The notes under the pieces are model-generated. The model saw only the letters and a list, made by a program, of their open reading frames with translations, did no database searches and was not told where the DNA came from. DNA of 64,000 bases, from positions 64,001 through 128,000 of the forward strand of contig CAWCFT010000004.1 in NCBI GenBank assembly GCA_963794945.1. The letters are read 5' to 3'. This stretch comes from Endomicrobiales bacterium. Its GTDB lineage: Bacteria; Elusimicrobiota; Endomicrobiia; Endomicrobiales; CAWCFT01. Position numbers and translations under genes: made by a program. This document shows positions 1 to 10,382 of the stretch, piece after piece; positions within the stretch are counted from its first letter, which is position 1, and each line of letters begins with the position of its first letter.

Positions 1-404
1 ACGATAAACGGCAGCGCGTGCGGGTGCACCGGGTTGATCTTTCCGAAAATTGCCCGCCACTTACCCAGCCTCACGCCTATGCCGTCAGGAAGCCCCTTGA
101 AAATGGTCATGTACGCTTCCTCTACGCTGATATTTGTGGTCCCGCTGCTTGAATCAATTGAAAATACGAACACGCCTTTGGCGTAGGGGTTGAGGTAGGT
201 GTCGCACTGTATCTCGGTCTCGCCCATACCCAGAGTGGTCTTGCCGGCGTTGCCCGTGGTCGCGTCATCGGTATTCTCCCCGACTATCTGCCCGATAACC
301 GATATGTTCGGGTTGACGGGCCCGGCGTACGAAACAGTTGCGGAAAGCATGCCGCATATAAAAAATAGTATAAATATAGATCGCGTAAATCTGTTTATCA
401 TCAT
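1..404 (-). CDS. Outer-membrane beta-barrel, zinc-regulated TonB-dependent receptor-like family (5' part; runs off the window)
   Basis: Not in ORF track; manual translation from ATG at 404 (AGGAGA RBS): MMINRFTRSIFILFFICGMLSATVSYAGPVNPNISVIGQ...YLNPYAKG...VEEAY...GKWRAIFGKINPVHPHALPFI; signal peptide and NPxISVIG/EEAY/HPH motifs. Confidence 0.75.
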   Translation of the reverse strand, partial: MMINRFTRSIFILFFICGMLSATVSYAGPVNPNISVIGQIVGENTDDATTGNAGKTTLGMGETEIQCDTYLNPYAKGVFVFSIDSSSGTTNISVEEAYMTIFKGLPDGIGVRLGKWRAIFGKINPVHPHALPFI

Positions 405-459
405 ATTCTCCTGAAGAAAGGTAATTGAAAATTATAACGGGAAAATGGACTGAAGTATG

Positions 460-738
460 TCAGCAGGCGGCCGGAGGGCTGCGAAGTTGAAGGTTATCCT
501 TGAGAAATTGCTGAACCTGAGGTTTGCCGATAACCAGGATTATGAACAGAACAAAAAGCAAATGAGCTATGGCAGTAACATTATAAATGAAAGGCTGATT
601 AGATACAGCGCAGATCGGGCAATCGTCATGTGCGATATTACCGGAATGCTGGTGAAAAGGTATAACGACGCAAAAAAACAGGATTATATAGAGACCGATC
701 AACCAGCTTAATGGTTTAAAGCATTTGGACAAATTCAT
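460..738 (-). CDS. DUF2946/CruR/CutF-like metal-sensing leader protein (HxH, CxxC, C-terminal RSPP)
   Basis: Hydrophobic N-terminus, HQH..HDDCPIC, ends LRSPPAAC; paralog at 5191-5469; directly upstream of an OM receptor. Confidence 0.8.
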   Translation of the reverse strand: MNLSKCFKPLSWLIGLYIILFFCVVIPFHQHSGNIAHDDCPICAVSNQPFIYNVTAIAHLLFVLFIILVIGKPQVQQFLKDNLQLRSPPAAC

Positions 739-746
739 TGACTTTT

Positions 747-775
747 GTTATACAATTTTATTATAAAAATGTCAA
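747..775 (-). promoter_or_regulatory. Sigma70-type promoter of leader ORF 1
   Basis: TTGACA (775-770) - 17 bp - TATAAC (752-747), 8 nt before ATG at 738; no SD. Confidence 0.65.
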
Positions 776-875
776 TGAAATGGTTTGATAATGCCCGTAG
801 TGTGGTTTGCTATTCAAGCTCTGGTTAGCGCATTGCAGGCAGATACAGGCAAGGCCTGCTATGCTCGTAAGCCTC

Positions 876-1502
876 TTATTGTTCCAACTTGAATTGTATT
901 GCCTGCCGTATTTTTACCGGAACCCGTTCGGGCCCTAAGTATGCCGGGGTATAACGAAGCAATTTAGCAGCTCTCTGCGCAGCCTGGTCAAATGCAATAC
1001 CTGCTGACTGCACTATGTCAACCGATGTTATTTTGCCATCTGCATCCAGGTGGAGATCCATTACAACTGTGCCCTCACGACCCGCATCGCGTTCTTGTTC
1101 CGGGTAAAGCCTCTGCATTATCCTGTCAAGGTCAGCGAGGTTTAAGAGCTGAGGCAGTCTAGTTATAAGATTGAGCCCGACTTCGCCGGTACCACTTGAC
1201 GGCTGGTTATCTTCCACCTGCGGTTGTGGCTGCGTGGGTTGAGGTGTATATGGCTTTACCTGGTCAGGTGTCGGTTGAACCCAGGTCCTGGGCTTAGCCG
1301 CCGGTTTTGCAGCAGGCGGCTCGCTTGTGGTGCGCCGGACAGCGTTGGTAAGGTCAATTTCGACCGTTCGTTTCGCCACGTGAGGGAGCTTTACGTTCTT
1401 TAAGCTGAATACAGCAAGATGAACACATAATGAAAGAACAAGCATACCCCATAGTATGGAGTCTTCATGCTGCCATAAATTGAAAGGTAACCTGTATCTC
1501 AT
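876..1502 (-). CDS. tonB: Energy transducer TonB
   Basis: N-terminal TM with SLCVH, Pro/Gln-rich linker, YP...GREGTV TonB_C domain. Confidence 0.9.
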   Translation of the reverse strand: MRYRLPFNLWQHEDSILWGMLVLSLCVHLAVFSLKNVKLPHVAKRTVEIDLTNAVRRTTSEPPAAKPAAKPRTWVQPTPDQVKPYTPQPTQPQPQVEDNQPSSGTGEVGLNLITRLPQLLNLADLDRIMQRLYPEQERDAGREGTVVMDLHLDADGKITSVDIVQSAGIAFDQAAQRAAKLLRYTPAYLGPERVPVKIRQAIQFKLEQ

Positions 1503-1912
1503 GACTTGAATTTAGCCTCCACTTCCGTTGCCACATGGGTTATGCCCGCGCCTCTGATAGTATCAAGGACGCCCGCCACATCCCCCCAGGAAACCCGCTC
1601 ATCCGCCCCCAGCGTAACATGAAGGCCGGCATCCATACGGGCCATCTGGCTTAAGTTGACGGTCAGTTCTTGAATGGTAACCTTTGTTTCATTCAACACG
1701 AGAGTCTTGTCCGCTTTCAAAATAACGTGAACGCTCTGGGTGGGCGTCTCCTGCGAATTGGCGACTTTAGGCAGGTTCAAATTGATCGAGCGGTGAGCGA
1801 TCAAATGAGCCGTTGCCATAAATATTATGAGAAGCACCAGAACGATATCCACCAGCGGCGTTACGTTAATTCCGGTTATCATACCGTTGCCGGATTGATT
1901 TGTTGAAGCCAT
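1499..1912 (-). CDS. exbD: Biopolymer transport protein ExbD
   Basis: INVTPLVDIVLVLLIIFM signature. Confidence 0.92.
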   Translation of the reverse strand: MASTNQSGNGMITGINVTPLVDIVLVLLIIFMATAHLIAHRSINLNLPKVANSQETPTQSVHVILKADKTLVLNETKVTIQELTVNLSQMARMDAGLHVTLGADERVSWGDVAGVLDTIRGAGITHVATEVEAKFKS

Positions 1913-1914
1913 GA

Positions 1915-2547
1915 TTAGTTCACCCCCATGAACATAATGACTTTCTTGCCGAAATGGTCGGCGTCATTTATAAGATCATTGATCTTTTTCTGCAAGAAAT
2001 TATAAGAGGCCACGCAGGGCAGAGCGACCACGATGCCAAGCGCTGTCGCTATAAGCGCGTCCGCAAGGCCCGCCATAACCACTTCCGGGCCCTGACCGCT
2101 GTAAATCGCCAGGTTCTGGAAGGCATGGATAACTCCCAGCACTGTGCCCAATAAGCCGATGAAGGGCCCGTTGTTGCCCAAAGTTCCAAGAACCACTAAA
2201 CGCTTCTCGAGCCGCCTTCTTTGAAGATTCAACTGCACTTCCAGCCTTTCCTGAAGGATATCCTTGCCTTGAGTTCTGTGTTGCAAAAGATCCTCAACGA
2301 TAGCGCAAAGTACCGAGTTTGGTTTTAACCCCTTAACGGTTTCGTCAATGCTCCCGGGGGCAAGTTTATCATCAATTTCAGGAAGCGTTTTGTTTTGATA
2401 AGACGAATGCCCGATCACGATGATCATGCGCTCGAGGATCACGGCGAACGCTATTATCGAACATAGTACCAGCAGGTAAATAACGTACGTTCCGCTTACG
2501 GCGATGACAGACTGCAATGCTTGTAAATGTTGTCCCATTCCCATCAT
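1915..2547 (-). CDS. exbB: MotA/TolQ/ExbB proton channel
   Basis: GPFIGLLGTVLG and ALIATALG motifs; adjacent to exbD and tonB. Confidence 0.92.
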   Translation of the reverse strand: MMGMGQHLQALQSVIAVSGTYVIYLLVLCSIIAFAVILERMIIVIGHSSYQNKTLPEIDDKLAPGSIDETVKGLKPNSVLCAIVEDLLQHRTQGKDILQERLEVQLNLQRRRLEKRLVVLGTLGNNGPFIGLLGTVLGVIHAFQNLAIYSGQGPEVVMAGLADALIATALGIVVALPCVASYNFLQKKINDLINDADHFGKKVIMFMGVN

Positions 2548-2587
2548 ATATTTTCTCCTTAAAATTAAATCAACTATTAGAATAAGG

Positions 2588-2673
2588 TGTCATTGCGAGG
2601 AGCTGTCCCGAAGCAATCTAGTTTTTCGTAGTAACACCAAGATTGCCGCGTCGCTCCGCTCCTCGCAATGACA
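2588..2673. repeat. 86-bp palindromic REP/RPE-like element
   Basis: Perfect 16-bp inverted repeats TGTCATTGCGAGGAGC / GCTCCTCGCAATGACA plus inner GCAATCT/AGATTGC stem. Confidence 0.8.
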
Positions 2674-2679
2674 GACCTT

Positions 2680-5042
2680 TTAGCTTCCAAACGGAACCGA
2701 GACTTTCACGTACATGTTCCGTCCCGGGTCGCCGATATTGAACTCCTTTAAAATGCTGTTGAAATCAATGTAACTTACGTCGAACAGGTTATTGACTCCA
2801 GCGTCCACAGCGATCCGGCTTCCCATGACCACGAGTTCCCCTCCCAGCTGCAGGTTTGTCAGGCTGTAGCCCGGGGTCGGTATATCCGTGCCGAACGTGA
2901 GGTTCTGTGCCGACGTAACTTTTTCGTCAACGCCGAAGTAAGGATGCGACACAAAACCCAGCGACTTCGTGTGGAAGTTCGCTCCGATCAGCCAGTTATC
3001 CGCGGGCACGTGCGGCAAATTGCTTGTTGGATACGGTGAGTTATTAGCCTCGTCGTTGTCGCCGCGCACCATGTTGTATACCGCGTTGAAGGTGAGCCAA
3101 TCCGTCGCCGCGAAGTTAACAGCGCCATCGATTCCCTTGACTGTAGCATTGGTCTGAATTGTTTGTACCACGGGTATCGATTGATCGGTAGAAGTCAGCC
3201 GGCGGCTTTTCACCCGGTGAAAGCGCTGGTAATGTAATTGTGAATGTCGTTATTGAACACACCCACCTCGCCCTTGATACGCTTTGAAGCCCAGCGCAGG
3301 GAGACCTCAGAATTTAGTGACGTCTCGGGCTGAAGGTTTGGGTCGCCAATCTCGAAGGTGCCGGTTCCCTCATGCTTTCCATAGGCAAAGAGCTCAAAAG
3401 GGACGGGGTTCCTGAACCCCTGGCCTACGTTGACTACGAAGGCGAACGGGTCGGAAACGTGATACACGCCACCCACCGCGCCGACTACCGCGGAATAATC
3501 CCGTGTCTGTGCAGCGACCGGGTGAGCGTCGCCGGCGCCCATACCGTTGCTGAAGTCTATGCCAATCATGCCGTCATGCTGAATGTTGTATTGGGCCTGG
3601 TCGCCGCGGACGCCGAACGTAAAGTCAAACTTGCCCGTTGTGACGTCTTCTACTGCGAATGCCCCGAGGCTTCCTTCGTCATAAGACGGCGTGAGATGCA
3701 CTATACCCACCGACTGGTCCGTTCTTCCTAGAACTGAAACCCCTACCGTTCCCTGAAATGCTCCCATTGGCGCAAGGTGCGCCTTGACGTCGAGCGTATT
3801 ACTTTGCTCTATCCAGTTAAGGTGCGGAGCGGGCGGCGGAACAACGTTCGGGCTGTTGCCGTTCGAGTCGGGATGGGTGTCATCCACGTCAGGCGAATCG
3901 TACTCCTTGCGGTCGCACAGGTCATAACCGGCCGTGATGTCGAAGCGGGCGGGCCCGGTATTTATATCCGCTTTTACAACCCCATGCTCGTGATGCAAGT
4001 CCTGAAACTCGGAATCACTTAGATTGTCCCGCGGAGGAAATGGCAATGTTGGATTTTGAAGCTCCACTCGCTTGTTGAACACGGCGTACGAAGCGGTTAA
4101 GCCTCCCCAGTCCTTGCGAAACCCTGCTTCCGCGCTTCCGTTGACCTGGTTCTCGCCGGTGTTCGGCACTTCTCCTATCTTAGGCGTGTAAAAATTCCCT
4201 GCCTGCATCTGGGAGAGGTTTGCCCGGTAACCCCAGCAGCCCGTGGCACCCGAAACCTCGAAGTTCTCTCCAACAGAGTTGTTGTTCGAGTTCGTTATAG
4301 CAGAGAACCTTCCGCGCAGGGGGCCGTCTCCCAGGTTCGCGTCCGGTAGCTCCGGATGGCTGATGGAAATGACCCCGGCGATAGCGTCGGAACCGTAAAG
4401 GAGGCTGTTAGGCCCCCTCATGACCTCTATGCGGTCCGTGCCGAGGGGATCGATTTCCGGCGCGTGCTCACTGCCCCACTGCTCAGACTCACTGCGAACC
4501 CCGTCTTCAACGATGACTATCTCCTGAGAATTTAGGCCGCGGATGATGGGCTTAACTACGGTGTCACCCTCGCCTATCATGCTGACGCCCGGTTCGTTCT
4601 GGATAGCGGAAGCGATGCTCTCGCCCCGCTCGCGGTCCATTTGGCGGCCTTCAACCACGCTCACCGAGGCGGGCGTGTTAAGGGTGCTCTTCGCCGCGGC
4701 CGAAGCGGTGATCGTGATGGGCGTCATCGCTATAGGCGAACTGCCCAGTTCGGCGTTGACGGTAAGGTCTTCTTCCTTAACGGTGATCTGGCGAATTTCA
4801 TCGGCAAAACCGATTCGCCGGAATTCCAGGGCGTAATTGCCCGGGGAAATGTTATCTATCCTGTAAACGCCGGAAGCGTCGGTTTGGACGCCTTTCTGAA
4901 TGCCGGGGATAACAACCTGCGCGCTGCCAACCGCGTTCCCTGAAGGATCGGTGACTTTACCTGAAATGGACGCCGCGTAAGCGGCTCCGCTTGTAGTTAT
5001 AAAAAGTATAAAAACAACTATGGCTTTAAATATAAGTAGCAT
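2680..5042 (-). CDS. TonB-dependent receptor (split by a frameshift near 3210)
   Basis: Signal peptide, carboxypeptidase-regulatory-like N-domain, plug (RIEVMRGPNSLLYGSDAIAGVI), NLQPETS, C-terminal GVNNLFD...PGRN barrel end in the second ORF. Confidence 0.9.
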
Positions 5043-5190
5043 AATTTACTCCTTGATTAAATTATAAATAATAATTGTTCGCCATCAATTTAATGGATGC
5101 CTGATATAAAGCAACACAATTAATGAATGGCGGCGCAACTGCGCAGTGATGCCCAGTTACCTTGTTATTGAATTGTAAATATGCAGGAAG

Positions 5191-5469
5191 TTAAGCGGCA
5201 GGAGGGCCGCGAAGGTGAAGAGTTGCCTTGAGGAAGAATTGTACTTGAGGTTTGCTAAGAACTAAAATTATAAAGAGGACAAAAAGCAAATGAATGATAG
5301 CGGTGATATTAGAAATGAACGGCTGGCTGGAAACAGCGCATATCGCGCAATCGTCATGGGAATCGAAATCGCCGTGATGGTGCAGCGGTATTATGATCGC
5401 GAAAAGCAATGTCAGGTAAACTATCGCGATATAACCTATCAGCTTAGACACAACACGAATCTTATTCAT
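5191..5469 (-). CDS. DUF2946/CruR/CutF-like metal-sensing leader protein (HHH, CxxC, C-terminal RGPP)
   Basis: HHHGDFDSHDDCAIC, ends LRGPPAA; paralog of 460-738; upstream of the TonB-dependent receptor. Confidence 0.82.
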   Translation of the reverse strand: MNKIRVVSKLIGYIAIVYLTLLFAIIIPLHHHGDFDSHDDCAICAVSSQPFISNITAIIHLLFVLFIILVLSKPQVQFFLKATLHLRGPPAA

Positions 5470-5480
5470 ATTACACTACT

Positions 5481-5509
5481 TTTATACATTATCCTTATTT
5501 AAAAGTCAA
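5481..5509 (-). promoter_or_regulatory. Sigma70-type promoter of leader ORF 2
   Basis: TTGACT (5509-5504) - 17 bp - TATAAA (5486-5481), 11 nt before ATG at 5469; no SD. Confidence 0.6.
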
Positions 5510-6850
5510 CTGTGCCCGCGTTCCAACAAAACTACTGTTTCAATGTGGTAAGTTTGAGGGAACATGTCTACCGGTATTATCTTTACGGCCTTGTACCCGC
5601 CTTTTTGCGATATATCCGCAAGGTCGCGGGCCAGTGTAGCCGGATTACAGGAGACATAAACTATTTTTTCCGGCAGGCATTTTACGACAAAATCTATCAC
5701 CTTGGCCGAGAGGCCGCCCCGGGGAGGGTCAAGCACTATAACGCTGAAATCCGTCGGCACCATGCCCTTGACCCATTTCTCGAGAGTGCCAGCTTCGAAT
5801 GATATATTCTCCACGTTATTGATCTTCTTGTTGACCAGGGCGTTCTCTATCGCCTGCTCAACCTGCTCGACGCCTAGGACCTTTTTAACGTACGGCGCGA
5901 TGACTATGCCTATTGTACCCGTCCCGCAGTAAAGGTCAAGCACGGAATCCGTGTTTTTGAAATTTCCGAGCTCAATGACAGTCTCGTATAGTTTCTCCGT
6001 TCCCAGCGTGTTGGTCTGGAAGAAGGAAAAAGGAGATATCGAAAAAACATAACGCCTGCCTTTAATTTCAAGGGACTCTTCGATGGTCTCGGAACCGTAA
6101 AGGAGCCTCACTTCTTCGGCCCTTACGGCGTCCGAAACGCTGCCGTTTATGGTCAAGTGAAATGATGTTATCTTATCTTTAAGTGAGTTTACAAGCGGGT
6201 CAAATAACCCGGCCGGGAAATTCCGGCTGCTTACCACAAGGTTTACCAGCAGCTGGCCTGTCCTTACGCCTTTCCGCAATACCAGGTGGCGATAGAACCC
6301 CTCGTGTGAGCGTTTGTCGTAAACCGAAAGCCCTGAACACCGCGCGAACTCCTTTATTTTTTCAGTCACCAACAAAAAATCGTCTCCGCAGATAAGGCAC
6401 GGCGGAACAGGGAAATACCTGTTGAACTCGTTTTTTTCGTGGAGCCCGATATCAGGGCTGGCGTCCCTGGCGAAAAAGAAGCTAAATTCCATTTTATTTC
6501 GGTAGTTCCAGGCGGTTGGGCTCTTAACACAAGGGGTAGTGATCGGGCAGAATTTTTCGAGCAGCTCTTTTACATAGCCTTCCTTGATCCTGACCTGGTT
6601 ATCGTAACCGGTATGCTGAAAACTGCACCCGCCGCATTTCCCGAACGACGGGCACTTAGGCGCGGTGCGTTCAGAACGACGGAGTTACGATCTCAACCAG
6701 CTTCGCCTCTTTGAACGTTTTCTTGCTCTTCGTGACAGCGACTTCTGCGGTCTCGCCAGCGAGAGCGCCTTCGGTGAACGTGGCAATGCCGTCGTCACCT
6801 CTGCCGAGGGCTTTTCCGGGATAAACTACTTTTTCTATCTTGATTTTCAT
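5506..6850 (-). CDS. rlmD: 23S rRNA (uracil1939-C5)-methyltransferase (frameshift near 6672)
   Basis: TRAM-like N-terminus from ATG 6850, CPSFGKCGGC, SFFQTN, DLYCGTG, DPPR, YVSCNP, DMFPQTYHIE. Confidence 0.9.
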
Positions 6851-8479
6851 TAGTGGGCCGAGACGGGTATGTTGATGATGAACGAAGAGCCTTCTTTAGG
6901 CGTGCTTTTTACGTGGATCTTCCCGTTATGCTGTTCAAGTATACCGTATGAAATGCTGAGGCCAAGGCCGATATTCTTTTTTGGGTCCTTGGTTGTAAAG
7001 AACGGCATGAATATCTTGTCGACGATCCTTGAATCTATCCCGGCGCCATTATCGTTGACTTCAACATAAACCTGTCCTTCAGCGGACGATGTTCTTATGG
7101 TTACGATCTTTTCGGTTTGGCTTCGTTCTTCTTGTGAATTAAATGACTGCTGCGCGTTTACGAACAGGTTAAGCAGAACCTGTTTTATCTGGTTAAAATC
7201 TATCTTTGTCGCGGGCAGGTCCGGCATAAGTTCCTTGACAACGCGTATGTTATCGTTCTGGAACTCGTATTCCACCAGCTCCAGCGCTTCTTCGACGGCC
7301 TGATTGATATCTGCATCGGCCAGCTGCGCCTTGTGGTACGATGAAAACACTTTGAGGTTATTGATGACTTCCCTGCACCGCTCTGACCCTTCCTTTATCC
7401 TGAGCAGCATCTTTTATATCAGCGGGAAGCGTCTTTTTTTTCAATATTTTTTCAGCCTGGGAACTTACCTGCTCTATCGGGGCGTTCAGCTGATTTACAA
7501 GGCTCGTGGCAACCTGCCCAACAGCCGACATCTTTTCGACAAGCACAACCTGCCTTCTCGACTGTTCCAGCTGCCTGTGAGCATTCTCGAGTTCCGATAT
7601 CTTTATTTCCAGTTTCTCATAAAGCTTTGTATTATCAATTGATTGAGCTATCTGGGAAACGAATATCGACAGGTTCCTTATGTCCGAAACGCTGAACTCG
7701 GAATGGTTCTTCGTTCTGGATACCATAAGGATACCAAGATTTTTGTTCTTTATCTTTATGGGGTAAGTTGCCAGCGATTTCATTTCGGAGTCAAGGAATA
7801 ACCCTTTCATTGCCGGGTTATCCGATAACGGGTGTTTGAAGATCACCGGCGAATCATTCATCTGCCCGGATGAATAAAGCCTTTCGGCGAGGCTGGTGAA
7901 CGACCCCTGATAAGGGTAATAAACAAGCGAGAACGACGCCGCGGCGAGGTACAGTTGTTCCTGGTGGTCAAACAATAAAAGCGCTATCTCATCGGCCCTG
8001 ATGACGTTCTTTAGTAGATTGATCATTATAGGGAAGAGTTTTTCCAGCTTGAGGCTCGAGAATATAGCCTTGCTGCTTTCGTACAGCGCGATTAGGGTTT
8101 TAAGTTCGCTTTTTTCAAGCGCTTTTTCAAGGAGGGCTATTACTTCGTCTATGTTGAAAGGTTTCTGTATGAAATCGTACGCGCCGTTCTTCATGGCTTC
8201 TACGGCGTTCTCAACAGTGGCGTAACCGGTTATCATTATAACTTCAGTCTCGGGCGAGACTTTTTTTACCGTATCAAGGACCTCAAGGCCGTCATGTTTT
8301 GGCATCTTGATGTTTGTTATGACAACGTCGTATTTTTCGGACTGTATCTTTGATATTGCTTCCTCGCCGTTCGACGCGGTATCTATGGTGTGGCCTAGTT
8401 TTGCAAGCTCTATCGTTAGCAGTTCGCGTATCCCCTGTTCGTCATCAACAATAAGGATCCTTGATTTTGGTGCCGCCAT
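6850..8479 (-). CDS. REC-GAF-histidine-kinase-like protein with degenerate phosphosites (frameshift near 7400)
   Basis: REC N-terminus, GAF, HATPase in ORF 6850-7410; close paralog of 24275-25912. Confidence 0.85.
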
Positions 8480-8564
8480 AATCTCTTACCCCGCTGTGAA
8501 ATACCGCCATCTTTACACTCTGCTGATATTATACAGTTTTAACCTATGCGTGTCTATAGCGGCT

Positions 8565-10382
8565 TCATGTCTTATCGAATTCAAAGTCTCGTACTGAAAA
8601 CAGTTTCGCGCAAACATCCACGATCTCCGCATCATACAACTGGCCCTTTTTCTGTTTGATCTCTTCCAGCGCCTTGTCTATACCGACCGCCGACCTGTAC
8701 GGCCGGTGGAATGCGATAGCCTCGACTACATCCGCTATGCTTAATATCTTCGCTTCTGTCATTATATCTTCGCTTGTAAGCCCGAACGGGTAACCCGAAC
8801 CGTCCAGCCTTTCGTGGTGTTGGAGCACGATCCTTGCTATCGGCCATGGGAATTCCACCATTTTCAATATATCGTAGCTGACTTTAGGATGCGTCTTTAT
8901 CATGGCGAATTCTATTTCGGTAAGTTTCCCCGGTTTTGAAAGGATCTCAGCGGGCACGTATATCTTGCCTATGTCATGTATTACCGAAGCCATGTGTATC
9001 CCGTCCACTTGCTCTTTCTTAAGGCCCATTTCCTTTGCCATGGCACAGGCAAGCTGCGCTACCCTTCTCTGGTGGCCGGCTGTGTAGGGGTCTTTCATCT
9101 CGACTATCTTTGCCATGGCTAGTATCGTACTTTCCATGCTGAGCTGAAGTTTTTCGAGGCTGAGCTTGACATCCTGCTCGGCTTTTTTACGTTCAGTCAT
9201 ATCCACCATAGTCGTGCGCACGCCAATTATATTGCCTTCATGGTCGTGTTCAAGCGAGTCGTCAATTGAAACGAATATCTTTGTGCCGTCTTTGCAGACA
9301 TAGATGCGGTCCTCTGATTTCGAAACCACCTCATCTTCTATCTTCCTCTTAAATCTTTCTTTCGCTTCGTCGCGCTGCTCCGGCAGAATGAACTCGAAAA
9401 CTTCCCTGCCCACCATATCCGAAACGCCGTACCCCAGCATCCTGGCTTCGGTCCGGTTGACGCTGGTAATAAGCCCCTGTATATCGACCGTATGGTACGC
9501 TACGGGCGCGTTCTCCCACAGCTCCTTGAACCGTTTTTCACTTGCAGTCAGAACCCTTTTGGTCTTTTTCTTTTCGCTTATATCCCTTGTTATTACTATA
9601 AAAGCTTTCGGTTTGCCATGCGCGTCAAACAGGTACGCACAGCTTTGTGTGGCCTCGAAACACGTTCCATTCTTTTTTTGCAGCATATATTCGAAATTTT
9701 TGGGCCGGATATCGTTGTCAGCTTGGATTTTTTTTAGATTGTTTATAGCTTCATCCCTGGATTGAGGAGCTATCAGCCCCCACACCGGTTTATTAATGAT
9801 CTCAGAGTCATCGGAATAGCCGTGAAGTTCCAGAGCCCGCTTTGATGCTGCAAGCAGGCTGCCATCGAGACTGCATATGGTGACAGCATCTATGGAAGCA
9901 TCAATTAGCGTTTTATACACCTGCTCGGCTTCAATTAGTGACTGATGGATCTTTTTTTTCTCTGTGAAATCCCTGGACATGCCGATAACATAATTTATCT
10001 TTCCGCCCTTGTCCTTATACGGTATAAGTTTGGTGTCGAGCCAAATTTGCTTATCCGGGAAACCCGCCCAGTTCTCGCGCGTGAAAGGTTTGCCTGAATT
10101 GAACACCCCTTTTATCTCTTCGATGTAAACAGCCGCGAGCTCTTTACCGAAAAGTTCGTTAATATGCCTGCCTGTGATGTGCGCGGGTTCAGAATTGAAT
10201 TGTTTCGCGGCGTGAGAGTTTACGAACGCCACCCTGAAGTTCCTGTCTATGACGTAGATCGAATCGTGGGCTAGCTCAGTTATAGCCTGATAGAAATCTA
10301 TTGTGTTCCCACTGTTCCAATCGCTTATCGCGGCAAGGTTCTTTTTAATGTTCCGGATACCCGCCATTATTTTCTTTTGCAT
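8565..10382 (-). CDS. PAS-PAS-PAS HD-GYP cyclic-dinucleotide phosphodiesterase
   Basis: Three PAS/PAC repeats; DPYTAGHQRRV, HDIGK, HHERLDGSGYP. Confidence 0.92.
   Translation of the reverse strand: MQKKIMAGIRNIKKNLAAISDWNSGNTIDFYQAITELAHDSIYVIDRNFRVAFVNSHAAKQFNSEPAHITGRHINELFGKELAAVYIEEIKGVFNSGKPFTRENWAGFPDKQIWLDTKLIPYKDKGGKINYVIGMSRDFTEKKKIHQSLIEAEQVYKTLIDASIDAVTICSLDGSLLAASKRALELHGYSDDSEIINKPVWGLIAPQSRDEAINNLKKIQADNDIRPKNFEYMLQKKNGTCFEATQSCAYLFDAHGKPKAFIVITRDISEKKKTKRVLTASEKRFKELWENAPVAYHTVDIQGLITSVNRTEARMLGYGVSDMVGREVFEFILPEQRDEAKERFKRKIEDEVVSKSEDRIYVCKDGTKIFVSIDDSLEHDHEGNIIGVRTTMVDMTERKKAEQDVKLSLEKLQLSMESTILAMAKIVEMKDPYTAGHQRRVAQLACAMAKEMGLKKEQVDGIHMASVIHDIGKIYVPAEILSKPGKLTEIEFAMIKTHPKVSYDILKMVEFPWPIARIVLQHHERLDGSGYPFGLTSEDIMTEAKILSIADVVEAIAFHRPYRSAVGIDKALEEIKQKKGQLYDAEIVDVCAKLFSVRDFEFDKT

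Noticed and set aside
5043..5190. Cobalamin or other riboswitch before the TonB-dependent receptor
   Set aside because: No B12-box or other recognisable aptamer consensus; the leader ORF explains the layout better
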